DNA of 35,728 bases from IMG/VR virus record IMGVR_UViG_3300031452_000061, positions 1 to 35,728 of that record; one strand, 5' to 3'. The position numbers and the translations under genes were made by a program. The notes under the pieces are model-generated. The model was not told where the DNA came from, ran no database searches, and saw only the letters and a list, made by a program, of their open reading frames with translations. Positions 16,794-25,871 of this stretch are shown in pieces (within the stretch, counting starts at the first letter, position 1; each line of letters starts with the position of its first letter). Source of the stretch: a virus. Taxonomy: Duplodnaviria; Caudoviricetes.

Positions 16794-17008
16794 CTGACCT
16801 CCAGCAGCTCGTCGCGGCGGCCCGCAAAGCCGGTTGGTCAGTCCGAAAAAGACGTGGCGGGCATCTCGTTTGGCAACGACCGGACGGCGACGGCCTGATC
16901 TTCTCGGCCTCGACACCCTCCGATTGGCGCAGTCTGGCGAACGTGCGCGCGAGCCTCAGACGCGCTGGCCTTATCATAAATGGAGGCCAGCCCCATGGCG
17001 AGAGATGA
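16790..17008 (+). CDS. HicA-like (dsRBD-fold) protein
   Basis: GWSVRKRRGGHLVWQRPDG...STPSD.R...N..A.LRR, typical of phage HicA-like proteins; SD AAGGAGG. Confidence 0.7.
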   Translation: MTDLQQLVAAARKAGWSVRKRRGGHLVWQRPDGDGLIFSASTPSDWRSLANVRASLRRAGLIINGGQPHGER

Positions 17009-17441
17009 TGACGACCATATGCCCGGCAACGTCACGACCCGCGACACAGCCAGGGCGTTCCGCGGTACGCAGGGGCGTCTCGTCCCGCCGCGCCCGAACG
17101 CGCCTTTGCTCTATGGCACTGATGGTGCGCCTCGCATGAGTGACGCGATGGAGAGGTATCTCGCGGAGCCCCATGAGCGCATCGAACGCCGTAGCGATCT
17201 GCCCGCGCCTCTGTCGTTCGCCGATGCCTGGGCGCGGCTACACGCGGAGGAGCCACCCCTTGCTGTCGCCGTTGAGCAGACGGTTATTCATCGGTTGACG
17301 GTGCGCGATGCGGCGCTGGTGCTTGGCTGCGGATCGGCAACGGCCGCCCGCCGCAAAGGCGCCGGGTTGGCCGCGCTCTCCATCTGGACGGGCCTTCCTG
17401 TCCTTGCTGTGGCACGCCAGGTTGAGACATTGACAGCATGA
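16995..17441 (+). CDS. Sigma-70 region 4-like HTH protein
   Basis: LTVRDAALVLGCGSATAARRKGAGLAAL resembles a region-4 HTH; SD GGAGG before the ATG at 16995. Confidence 0.55.
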   Translation: MARDDDDHMPGNVTTRDTARAFRGTQGRLVPPRPNAPLLYGTDGAPRMSDAMERYLAEPHERIERRSDLPAPLSFADAWARLHAEEPPLAVAVEQTVIHRLTVRDAALVLGCGSATAARRKGAGLAALSIWTGLPVLAVARQVETLTA

Positions 17442-17483
17442 TACAAACATGATATGGTTATAGCATCAAGCGGTGTCTTCAAG

Positions 17484-17513
17484 GGCGGTTTCCATGCGGG
17501 AGCCGCCTTTTTT
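17484..17513 (+). terminator. Rho-independent terminator
   Basis: GGCGGTTTCC...GGGAGCCGCC followed by TTTTTT. Confidence 0.6.
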
Positions 17514-17539
17514 GTGTTGTGCGGAAGGAGACGGGGACT

Positions 17540-17758
17540 ATGGTAGCCGAGACAGACACGCGGCGCGGAGCACCAGGCAGGCCGGGAGGATCGACACTCC
17601 AGCCGGCGCGGCCGCTCCTGATACAGGTGCGTGTGACCCCTGGCGAGAAAGAACGCATCCTCGATCTAGCCAGGGCGCAAGGGGCCGAGAATATGTCCGC
17701 GTACATGCGCCGCTGTGCGCTGCGTCCGCTCAATGATGGGCCACGTTCGGCGGCGTAG
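17540..17758 (+). CDS. MobC-like RHH protein
   Basis: IQVRVTPGEKERILDLARAQGAENMSAYMRRCAL. Confidence 0.7.
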   Translation: MVAETDTRRGAPGRPGGSTLQPARPLLIQVRVTPGEKERILDLARAQGAENMSAYMRRCALRPLNDGPRSAA

Positions 17759-17770
17759 CAGGAGGTCGTT

Positions 17771-17974
17771 ATGGTAGACAATCAAAACGAACAGGTCCTG
17801 GCTAGTGTCATGGCCGAGGAACGGGCGGCGGCCGCGCGCGTCGCGGCGATCAGCGCCCGCCGGAGCGAGATGGCGCGGGAGGCATTGGCCCTTCAGCAGC
17901 AGTTGGCACGCCACCCGCGCCGGGCGTGCCAACAATGCCGGGACACATCGGCAGCCCTATCCGGCGTTAGCTGA
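17771..17974 (+). CDS. Small hypothetical protein
   Basis: SD AGGAGG; coiled-coil-like with CQQC. Confidence 0.5.
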   Translation: MVDNQNEQVLASVMAEERAAAARVAAISARRSEMAREALALQQQLARHPRRACQQCRDTSAALSGVS

Positions 17975-18000
17975 CATACAGAGGCGAAGGAATAGCACAC

Positions 18001-18426
18001 ATGACGAGTGAGCCTATGAACGGCATCCCACGGGCACAGGTGTTAACGGCTGAGTGCCTGCACCTCCTGGCCGAGGGGCAGGCACTGAAAGAGCGACTGG
18101 GCGAGCTGGAGCAGGGCCACCGTGAGGTGATGCAGCCCCGTTACTACTTTTTGTGGCGGCTCTTGGGCAGCCAGCGGGAGGTCGTCGAGCGCGGGGAGGC
18201 GCCCGATTGGACGGCTATACAGACGGCGGCCTCGGCGTTGATTGAGTACTGCGGTATCCACTTTCAAATGGTCTGTGAGCTGCACAAGACCATCGCGGCC
18301 TATATGACTGTCGCGGAAATGGCATTGCAGGTAGCGTCAGAAGAGATTGAGGCCCGCGCCGCTAGCCTCGTCGAGGAACGAGCACTGTCACCGCGCGCCG
18401 TCGCCGACGCGCCTCTGCTGCACTAA
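18001..18426 (+). CDS. Hypothetical helical protein
   Basis: 141-aa ORF in the operon. Confidence 0.6.
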   Translation: MTSEPMNGIPRAQVLTAECLHLLAEGQALKERLGELEQGHREVMQPRYYFLWRLLGSQREVVERGEAPDWTAIQTAASALIEYCGIHFQMVCELHKTIAAYMTVAEMALQVASEEIEARAASLVEERALSPRAVADAPLLH

Positions 18427-18441
18427 AAGGACGGCGCATTT

Positions 18442-20577
18442 ATGGGAACCTGGGCTTTTTCGCCGTCCTATGATCTGACTATTTCACGCAAAAACCCCAA
18501 GGCCGGGACGCGTGGCCAGCCGGACACGTTGTCGTGGCAATTGCGTACCCTCTCCGAGTTCCAGGGTCTGTTGGCGACGACGAACACGTCGAGCCAGGCC
18601 ACCATCACCCTGCACGACCCCACGGGCACGCTGATGGATACAGTCGCCCCGCAGGCCATGGACGCCATAACAGTGCGCCTGCGCAATCGTCGGGGGGTGT
18701 GGGCGGGCGCATGGGCCGGCTACGTCGATGAGTGTCACGAGATACACGACCCCGCACAGGGCCGCACCGTGACGCTCAAGTGCCGTGGCCCCTACAAGAA
18801 ATGGGAGGTGGGCCGCCAATCGGCGGGGGACGTCCTAGCCCTCGCCATGGCGAGCATGCGCAACGTGGCCGGCGCGGAAGTTGTTAGGTACTCGGCGCGC
18901 GCCGTGGGCTATAACCCGGCCAACATTACCTTTGACCCAGTGGCCGATAGCGGCACGGGTCTGTACCCGTCCATCGCGCAATCCACGATGGTCAACCCGG
19001 ATCAGCAGACATGGAGCGCGCCCGTCCAGCAGATGCTCGCCTCGTCGGGCCTGGAGTTCTTCTTCGATGAGGACGGCTACGGCCACTATCGGCGCGTGGG
19101 TTTCTTGGGCAGCGGGCAAAAATACATACCACAGATCCCGTTAGAGGACGTGCTGCACGCCGACCTCGGGACGGGCGACACGGGTCTCGTCACAAGCGTT
19201 GAAGTTCGTTGGGGTCCGTTCCCTGTCACCGGCAAGACGGCGGCGCACGCCTACGCGCCGCAGAGCATGGCCGACCAGTTGGGGACGCGCCCGCTGGTCA
19301 TTCAGGCACCGTGGATACTTGGTGGCTCCAGCGCGAGCGTCCTCGCCAACGCCGCGAATAATCAAGTCCCCGCGGGTGCGCAATTTCTGGCCGAGACACT
19401 TTTAGACCAATACGCGAGCGGCGCCGCCACCGCCTCCGTCATCGTCATAGCCGATCCCGCGCAATACAGGGTAGGCACACTGGTCGATATGCCGGGTGTC
19501 CGTAAGGGCCAGGGCGTCACGCGCTACTATATTTCATCGTGCACGTACCTGTGCCAGTGGGGATCTCAGTGGGTGCAGACCCTCGGCCTCAATTATGGGC
19601 GGGCGCCGGGCAACAGGTTCCCCTATGTGGACGGTATTGCTTATCCTGTTTTAAAGGTCGACCCAGCCTATGGACCACAGAGCAACATCCCGTTCCTGGC
19701 CTTCGACCCCACGAATACGGCCAAGGTCACGACGCCGTTGACGGTGCAGGCCCAACCCGGCCTCGCCACTAACCAGGCGTCATCTTCCTCACTGCCGGTG
19801 GGCGCCGTCATCGAGTTGCGGCAGACGGTGAGTGGTGGCGGGCAATGGGTCGGCCCGTCGCATCAGTATACGGTGGTGGCCGCGCCCGACACGCAAGACC
19901 CCGGTGTGATCGGCCTCCAGTCGGGCAGCGGCACGGCCTACGCCACCGTTATTACCTACGGGTCGGGTGATACGGGCAGCGGCACAGGCACGGGCGACGG
20001 GTCAACAACGACTACTTCGTTGATACAAGGCCCCCCGACGCGGGCGCAGGGCACGGCGTCTAATGGGCAACCTGTCAGTACATCGTTGACTCTTGATAGC
20101 CCACCGAACACACTGGCGCAACGCGCATTGGCGGCAGCGTTAAAACATAATGGCGCCCCCTATTCGAGTTTCCACGCGGGTCCAACGCATTTCGATTGTT
20201 CCGGGCTCGTGGCCGCCGCGTTCGGCGCGGTCGGCTTCCCCCTCGTCACGCAGAACAACTGGTCCAACGACGGCGAGAATGGCGACGAGGGGCAAAATGG
20301 CGGACCCGACGGGGAGTTCTACTACTTTCTCAATCATGGCGCCGTGGAGTATCTGAGCGTGGATGACGCACAGCCTGGTGATCTCATCTTTTGCTGGTCG
20401 CTAAATTATAAGTATCAGCGCGGCTTTAGCCATATCGCTTTTCTTCTGCGGCCCGGCGTCAGTTTTGGCGGCAATAGTCCGGCGCTTGGAGTCAGCCCCA
20501 TCGCCATCGCGGGTTTCACCAGTGACGCCGGGTCACCATTCAATCGCGCCTTAAACATGAGCCGCATCCATCTGTAG
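18442..20577 (+). CDS. Tail/baseplate-hub-like protein with a C-terminal NlpC/P60 peptidoglycan hydrolase
   Basis: C-terminus: GAPYS...HFDCSGLV (Cys), QPGDLIF, SHIAF (His). N-terminus has hub-like patterns (ATITLHDP, WAGYVD, LEFFFDEDGYGHYR, YYISSCTY). G/T/S-rich linker. The NlpC/P60 call is firm; the hub call is weaker. Confidence 0.7.
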   Translation: MGTWAFSPSYDLTISRKNPKAGTRGQPDTLSWQLRTLSEFQGLLATTNTSSQATITLHDPTGTLMDTVAPQAMDAITVRLRNRRGVWAGAWAGYVDECHEIHDPAQGRTVTLKCRGPYKKWEVGRQSAGDVLALAMASMRNVAGAEVVRYSARAVGYNPANITFDPVADSGTGLYPSIAQSTMVNPDQQTWSAPVQQMLASSGLEFFFDEDGYGHYRRVGFLGSGQKYIPQIPLEDVLHADLGTGDTGLVTSVEVRWGPFPVTGKTAAHAYAPQSMADQLGTRPLVIQAPWILGGSSASVLANAANNQVPAGAQFLAETLLDQYASGAATASVIVIADPAQYRVGTLVDMPGVRKGQGVTRYYISSCTYLCQWGSQWVQTLGLNYGRAPGNRFPYVDGIAYPVLKVDPAYGPQSNIPFLAFDPTNTAKVTTPLTVQAQPGLATNQASSSSLPVGAVIELRQTVSGGGQWVGPSHQYTVVAAPDTQDPGVIGLQSGSGTAYATVITYGSGDTGSGTGTGDGSTTTTSLIQGPPTRAQGTASNGQPVSTSLTLDSPPNTLAQRALAAALKHNGAPYSSFHAGPTHFDCSGLVAAAFGAVGFPLVTQNNWSNDGENGDEGQNGGPDGEFYYFLNHGAVEYLSVDDAQPGDLIFCWSLNYKYQRGFSHIAFLLRPGVSFGGNSPALGVSPIAIAGFTSDAGSPFNRALNMSRIHL

Positions 20578-20696
20578 CAGGGAAAGGGCGTCTATGTCCA
20601 TCGACGCACGCGATGTCCACGAGGGCACATCAAAGAGCGGCCTCGTCCTCAACGTCACCATCCTCTATCTCGCTCGCACACGAAAGGACACAGGAC

Positions 20697-20876
20697 ATGG
20701 ACGACATCACCCGGCTAATCGCCGAGGCCCATAGGCAATGCTGGGGCGTCGAGAGGCGGCGCTCAGGCCATTTCATGCTCACGCCGCCGGCGAGGGCGGC
20801 CCATACTGCCGGGTCACATCGACGCGTCAATTCGGCGTTAGTCCGCACGCGTAGAGGAGGGCCTAACGGCCAATGA
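20697..20876 (+). pseudogene. Truncated second HicA-like copy
   Basis: MDDITRLIAEAHRQCWGVERRRSGHFMLTPP parallels 16790-17008 but lacks the STPSD segment. Confidence 0.45.
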
Positions 20877-21194
20877 GCACGATAGACGATTTCCTGCGCG
20901 ACGCGTCGCCCTCTCAGATCGCGCCCCTGCTCACCAGCCACGACAAGGCGACGCAGGCCCGCGTCATTGTGGAGTGGGCGCGGGGGCGTCACCAGGACCT
21001 GGCAGAGCGGGTCCGGGCCTGCCATCGCATCGCCGGCAGCGTGACGGACGGCTACCACGGGGGGCGAGCCGCCGAGCCGCGAGGATCTAGAGGTAGCGGT
21101 CGTCCGCCTGATGGCCGTGGTCATCGACCTGTACGCCTTATCGCGGCAGACCATCGCGGCGTGCGATGCCGCGATCCCGTCGCGGGACGACTAG
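20873..21194 (+). pseudogene. Hypothetical gene frameshifted at a G6 run
   Basis: Removing one G at 21059-21064 gives ...YHGGEPPSREDLEVAVVRLMAVVIDLYALSRQTIAACDAAIPSRDD*, ending just before the next SD. Confidence 0.5.
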
Positions 21195-21212
21195 GCAGGA
21201 GAGGAGGAGAAG

Positions 21213-21716
21213 ATGCCCCGTATCTGCACGATCTGCGCGCATGATGACCGCAAGGCTATCGAGCGCGAGATTGTGGCCGGCACGTCAGCGCAGAAAATCT
21301 CCGCGCTACTCCGCGTTTCAGAGGATGCCGTGCAACGCCATAAAGCGGAACACCTACCCCCCCAGCTGGTCGAAGCGCGGAAAGCGACCGACGACGCGCA
21401 GGCGCTCGACGTGATCACGCAACTACGCACCATCAACGGAGCGTCCTTGCAGATTCTGTATAACGCCCGGCAGGCGCAGGACCCGCAGACGGCGCTCAAG
21501 GCGATCGACCGTATTCAGCGCCAGGTCGAATTGCAGGCCAAACTCCTCGGCCAACTGGACGAACGCCCCCAGGTCAACGTGCTGGTGAGCCCGGAATGGA
21601 CGCAGGTGCGTACGACGTTGCTCGTGGCGCTGGCGCCCTACCCCGACGCGCGGATGGCCGTCGCTGACGCGCTCACACGTCTCGACGCGCCCGTGGTTGC
21701 GGGGAGAGGTGCCTGA
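21213..21716 (+). CDS. Probable terminase small subunit (Zn-binding plus HTH)
   Basis: CTICAH...GTSAQKISALLRVSEDAVQRHKAEH, then a helical region ending AKLLGQLD; directly upstream of the terminase ATPase. Confidence 0.65.
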   Translation: MPRICTICAHDDRKAIEREIVAGTSAQKISALLRVSEDAVQRHKAEHLPPQLVEARKATDDAQALDVITQLRTINGASLQILYNARQAQDPQTALKAIDRIQRQVELQAKLLGQLDERPQVNVLVSPEWTQVRTTLLVALAPYPDARMAVADALTRLDAPVVAGRGA

Positions 21717-21718
21717 TA

Positions 21719-22474
21719 ATGACCGTCACGATGGCGTCCGATCTGGCCGTCGCCTTCGATCCCGTGCTCTTCGCACGTAGCGCCGGCATCGAGCCGGACC
21801 CCTGGCAAGCGCAAGTGCTGCGCAGCGCGTCCGATCGCTTGTTGCTCAATTGCTCGCGGCAGTCTGGGAAGAGCTTTATCACGTCGATTCTGGCGTTGCA
21901 CGGCGCGCTGTACACACCCGACAGCCTCATCCTGATGCTCAGTCCGAGCTTGCGGCAGTCGGGCGAATTATTCCGTAAGGCGCTCGCGCTCTACCGTGGC
22001 CTGGGCCGTCCGGTGCCGCCTGAATCGGAAACGGCCCTGACGCTGACGCTCACTAACGGGTCGCGTATCGTCAGCTTGCCTGGCACCAAAGACGGCACGG
22101 TGCGCGGTTTCTCCGGCGTGAACCTCATCGTCATCGACGAAGCCGCCTGGGTCCAGGACTCCCTGTACCTGTCCGTGCGCCCCATGCTGGCCGTGAGTGG
22201 TGGGCGCCTGGTGGCCCTCTCGACGCCGTACGGCACGCGTGGGTGGTTCTTCAATGCGTGGCGGGGCAGCGAACCATGGGAGCGCTACGAAGTGCCGGCG
22301 ACCTTATGCCCGCGCATCGCGTCCGCGTTCCTTGAGGAAGAGAAACGGAACATGGGCGAGTGGTGGTTCGCGCAGGAATACCTCAATCAGTTCCTGGAAT
22401 CCGAAGCGCAGCCGTTCGCCCGTGAGGACGTCGAGCGCGCCTTCGACGCCGACACGGAGGCATGGGACCTATGA
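21719..22474 (+). CDS. Terminase large subunit, stand-alone ATPase domain
   Basis: PDPWQ (Q motif), SRQSGKS (Walker A), IVIDEAA (Walker B), LSTPYG (coupling motif), FAQEY. Confidence 0.9.
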   Translation: MTVTMASDLAVAFDPVLFARSAGIEPDPWQAQVLRSASDRLLLNCSRQSGKSFITSILALHGALYTPDSLILMLSPSLRQSGELFRKALALYRGLGRPVPPESETALTLTLTNGSRIVSLPGTKDGTVRGFSGVNLIVIDEAAWVQDSLYLSVRPMLAVSGGRLVALSTPYGTRGWFFNAWRGSEPWERYEVPATLCPRIASAFLEEEKRNMGEWWFAQEYLNQFLESEAQPFAREDVERAFDADTEAWDL

Positions 22475-23100
22475 GCGCACTCACCGTGGGCGTCGATGTT
22501 GGACAAGTCCACGACCCGACTGCAATCGCTGTGGCTGAGGCCACCCCGTCCGTCCACGCCGGGCGTGGTGAAGACCGCTATATCGTGCGCCATCTCGAAC
22601 GATTGCCGCTTGGCACGCCCTATCCACAGGTCGGGGAGCGGCTCGCCGCCATCGTCGCGGGAGCCCGTCGGCGAAACCCCGGCGTCACGCTCTACATGGA
22701 CGCAACAGGGGTTGGTCGTCCCGTCGTCGATCTACTCACCCAGGCCGGCATGAGACCACACGCGGTCTATTTCGTGGCTGGTGACGACCTAGTGGTGCGC
22801 CCCGACGGCAGCATCGCGCTTGGCAAGGGGTGGCTCGTCTCCCGGCTCCAGGCGCTGCTGCATGCGGGGCGGTTATCGTTGCCGCACACGCCCGAGGCGC
22901 GAGCGTTAGCCAGTGAACTTTTGACCTACGAAATCAGGGTGCGGCCAAACGGGGGGACGTCGTTCGGGGCATTCCGCGCCGGCACGCACGACGACCTCGT
23001 GACCGCGGTGGGCCTGGCTGTCGTCGATGCCAGGTCACGCCCCGTTCAGCAGCGACGGGAAGGACGGATGACGGCATGGGACCAATCACGATCGGCCTGA
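22471..23100 (+). CDS. Terminase RNase H-like nuclease domain, copy 1 (catalytic residues intact)
   Basis: VGVDVGQVHDPTA, MDATGVG, HDDLVTAVGLA; ATGA overlap with the ATPase gene. Confidence 0.85.
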   Translation: MSALTVGVDVGQVHDPTAIAVAEATPSVHAGRGEDRYIVRHLERLPLGTPYPQVGERLAAIVAGARRRNPGVTLYMDATGVGRPVVDLLTQAGMRPHAVYFVAGDDLVVRPDGSIALGKGWLVSRLQALLHAGRLSLPHTPEARALASELLTYEIRVRPNGGTSFGAFRAGTHDDLVTAVGLAVVDARSRPVQQRREGRMTAWDQSRSA

Positions 23101-23828
23101 AGGTGGGCCAGCGCACGGAAGCGTCAGGGATCGCCGTGGCCGAACAGATAGAGTTCCCTGAGGGCAGTTGGGCGGTTGGGTCATTCAAGATTCGTTTCCT
23201 GGTCCGCCAGCCGCCCGGCACGCCCTACCGCGCCATCGCACGGCGCTTGGGCGAGACGGTGGGCAACATCCTGAACCTCACGGGCGGCGCCCTACCAGGG
23301 CTGGCGATCTACGCCGACGTGACCGCGCTGGGCGAGCCTGTCGTCAACATCCTGCGTGAGGGCGGGTATGACCTGATTCCCGTCTATTTCACGCACGGCG
23401 ACCGTCGCGTTGTGCATCCGACGGGTGCGGTGGTCCTCGGGAAAGCACACCTCGTCTCTCAGCTTCAGGTGCTGCTCCAAACCGGCCGTCTGAAGCTGCC
23501 GCGCACCCCCGAGGCTGAGACGCTCGCCCGTGAGCTCATCGACTACCAGATTGACGCCGACCAGGTGGACAACCTGCGCGAGGGCGCGTTCAGCGTCGGC
23601 ACCCAGGACGTCCTCGTGACGGCGCTCGGTCTGGCGACACAGGGCTTCCCTGAGGCGGAGACAACTGAAGTTGTCAGCCTCGCCGAGCAGTTCGGTATCG
23701 CACGCTATTCCATCGACCGGCGGTATGGCTATGAGGGTATGGGCGAGCCATTCGCGTCGTACGGCTCGCCCTACGGCGGTATGGACGACCCACTGGCGGA
23801 AGGCTGGACCATCGACGATAGGTACTGA
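23076..23828 (+). CDS. Terminase nuclease-domain paralogue, copy 2 (catalytic residues altered)
   Basis: Collinear with copy 1 (PPGTPY, LGKAHLVSQLQVLLQTGRLKLPRTPEAETLAREL), but has IGLKVGQRTEAS and QDVLVTALGLA. Confidence 0.8.
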   Translation: MGPITIGLKVGQRTEASGIAVAEQIEFPEGSWAVGSFKIRFLVRQPPGTPYRAIARRLGETVGNILNLTGGALPGLAIYADVTALGEPVVNILREGGYDLIPVYFTHGDRRVVHPTGAVVLGKAHLVSQLQVLLQTGRLKLPRTPEAETLARELIDYQIDADQVDNLREGAFSVGTQDVLVTALGLATQGFPEAETTEVVSLAEQFGIARYSIDRRYGYEGMGEPFASYGSPYGGMDDPLAEGWTIDDRY

Positions 23829-23853
23829 AACGATAGCAGAAGGAGACAGGAAC

Positions 23854-24189
23854 ATGGCACAAGGCATCATCGTACGAATCGTCACGGATCGGGGTTTTGG
23901 GTTCCTGAAACCGCTTGATGGTTCGAACGACGGCAAAGACATCTTTTTCCACGCCAGCGCGCTGCACGGCATCGACTTCAGCGCGCTGACGCTGCACGAT
24001 CACGTCACATTCAAGATGATGGACGACCCGCGTGGGCGCGGCGCACGCGCCATCGCCGTGGAGCGCACCGGCCCGCTGACCAAGGCCGCCCAAGCGGCAA
24101 CGTCGACAGACCGCTGGCCGACAGAAGTGGCGCCGGTTGTGGACGACGATGACGACGATAACAGGTACGATTGGGGGCAATCGGCATGA
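23854..24189 (+). CDS. Cold-shock domain protein with an acidic tail
   Basis: MAQGII...DRGFGFL (RNP1), DIFFHASAL (RNP2), V.F...RGARAIAVE; SD AGGAG. Confidence 0.9.
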   Translation: MAQGIIVRIVTDRGFGFLKPLDGSNDGKDIFFHASALHGIDFSALTLHDHVTFKMMDDPRGRGARAIAVERTGPLTKAAQAATSTDRWPTEVAPVVDDDDDDNRYDWGQSA

Positions 24190-24635
24190 CGACGAGCACA
24201 CAACAAGACGAGGGCACCAGTGACAACCCCGCCCTGACACGCATTGCGCCCTGGGAGGCCGACCCGCGCTGGCCCGTCGTTGCGAGCGCGACCCCACCGC
24301 GCTTCATCGTCAAACTCGCCGGCCCGCCTGAGGCGGCGACCCTCTTCGCGAAGGCGCGCGGCGACAAACGCCTCATGCAGCAGCAGATCGAAGTCGCGCA
24401 CGCCGAAAAGATCAACGCGGCGCGTGCCATCTTCAATGCCGGCGACTCGACACGCAAGGAGTTGCAAGCCGCTACCTATCAAGCGGACGCCGAGAGGATC
24501 GCGCGCGAGGACCGGCTGGCCGTGTTCGACGAGTACACGCGGGATGCAGTCATCGCGCGCGCGCGACAGGCGGCGCAGGCCGCGAACGAGCGCTCCTGGC
24601 GCGCGTCTATCGCCGCGTGGCAACGGCAGCCGTAA
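24186..24635 (+). CDS. Hypothetical helical protein
   Basis: ATGA-coupled to the cold-shock gene. Confidence 0.6.
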   Translation: MTTSTQQDEGTSDNPALTRIAPWEADPRWPVVASATPPRFIVKLAGPPEAATLFAKARGDKRLMQQQIEVAHAEKINAARAIFNAGDSTRKELQAATYQADAERIAREDRLAVFDEYTRDAVIARARQAAQAANERSWRASIAAWQRQP

Positions 24636-24684
24636 CCACCCCATCGTAGAAGGGCCTAGCGTGGCCCGAGAGAGAGAAAACGCC

Positions 24685-25131
24685 ATGGCACTACGTGATT
24701 ACCCATCAGCTCAGGACGCCCCGCGGAGCGCGTTACACGCGCTGCTACAGCCCTCGTCGCCCATCGGGCAACGGTTAGCCGCGCTCGATGCCGCGCGGGA
24801 GGCGCGCATCAGTCAGCTCCATCGAGCCGCAAGCCTCCGCTGGGAAAGTCGCGGCCGGTTGGCCCGTCAGCACCTGATCGACGGCACGGTGGACATCGGC
24901 GCCTACCGTCGGGAGATCGCCGACGCGGAGGATGCCCGTCAGCGTGAGGAACGGGACGTGCCGCCGGCGGTGGACCGCTCGGCGCTGCACGAGAAGGCCA
25001 TGGTCGTCGCGCAAGAGGCGGCGGCCCGTTACTATGACCGCGCCATCGTGGAAATCGAGCAGCACCAGAGCGCGTGGACGCCGGCGACGGTTGAGCAGAT
25101 CGCGGGAGGGAACGACGATGACGCAGTATAA
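24685..25131 (+). CDS. Hypothetical helical protein
   Basis: MALRDYPS... is the natural-looking C-terminal half of ORF 24244-25131. Confidence 0.6.
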   Translation: MALRDYPSAQDAPRSALHALLQPSSPIGQRLAALDAAREARISQLHRAASLRWESRGRLARQHLIDGTVDIGAYRREIADAEDARQREERDVPPAVDRSALHEKAMVVAQEAAARYYDRAIVEIEQHQSAWTPATVEQIAGGNDDDAV

Positions 25132-25540
25132 CGCCGACATGCTCGATGCCCTCGACCGTCGCGTGCAGTCCGTGGGCGCCCCGGCACACGCCGCGCTCGG
25201 CCCGGTGTTCCTGCCCGCGCCCCTGACGGCGACGCCCGAGGAAGTACGCGCCGCGCAAGGCCCGACCTTCACCGTGAGCATCACCCGCGACGCCCAGGCG
25301 TTCATCGACGCGCGACGGGCGGCGCGCGATACGGCGCGTGGGCGGGTGCTCGACACGTACCGCTCGGACAGAAAACCGGGCGCCGAGGATCGCCGTGTCG
25401 CGGGGCTAGCGGCCATTACGGCGACGATCCCGAACCGTCACGAGGCTGAGGAGCGCGCGGCCGTCGCCGTCGCCGTCGCCGTGGAAGAAACGTGGACCCG
25501 CGTGCTCGCTGAGCTGCGCAGCCTGTATCCGAACGATTAA
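25118..25540 (+). CDS. Hypothetical protein
   Basis: SD GGAGG before the ATG at 25118. Confidence 0.6.
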   Translation: MTQYNADMLDALDRRVQSVGAPAHAALGPVFLPAPLTATPEEVRAAQGPTFTVSITRDAQAFIDARRAARDTARGRVLDTYRSDRKPGAEDRRVAGLAAITATIPNRHEAEERAAVAVAVAVEETWTRVLAELRSLYPND

Positions 25541-25556
25541 CACAAGGAAAACCATC

Positions 25557-25871
25557 ATGACCGAAGATTTGATGCGTGACCTGTACGCCCCGATCGTAGC
25601 CATGGCCGCCGTGCGTGAGACCGCCGGCCCCGAGGACGTCGGCACGGCTGTTATCCGCGAGGCGAAAGCCGACCTGCGCACGCGCTACCGCCTGACCGAT
25701 AGCCAGGCTCAATACGTCGTCGATCGGGCGGTGCCCTCCATCTGGGAAAGGTGGGAGGAGACCGTAACGCGCGAGGCCCGCGCCTACATTGAGACCCTCC
25801 CCGAGCCGCTAGGGCCGGTCGGGGCCGTCCGGTTCTGGGACTCGTTGGTAGCCGCGAGGGGTGGCCGGTGA
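25557..25871 (+). CDS. Hypothetical protein
   Basis: 104-aa ORF with SD AAGGA. Confidence 0.6.
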   Translation: MTEDLMRDLYAPIVAMAAVRETAGPEDVGTAVIREAKADLRTRYRLTDSQAQYVVDRAVPSIWERWEETVTREARAYIETLPEPLGPVGAVRFWDSLVAARGGR

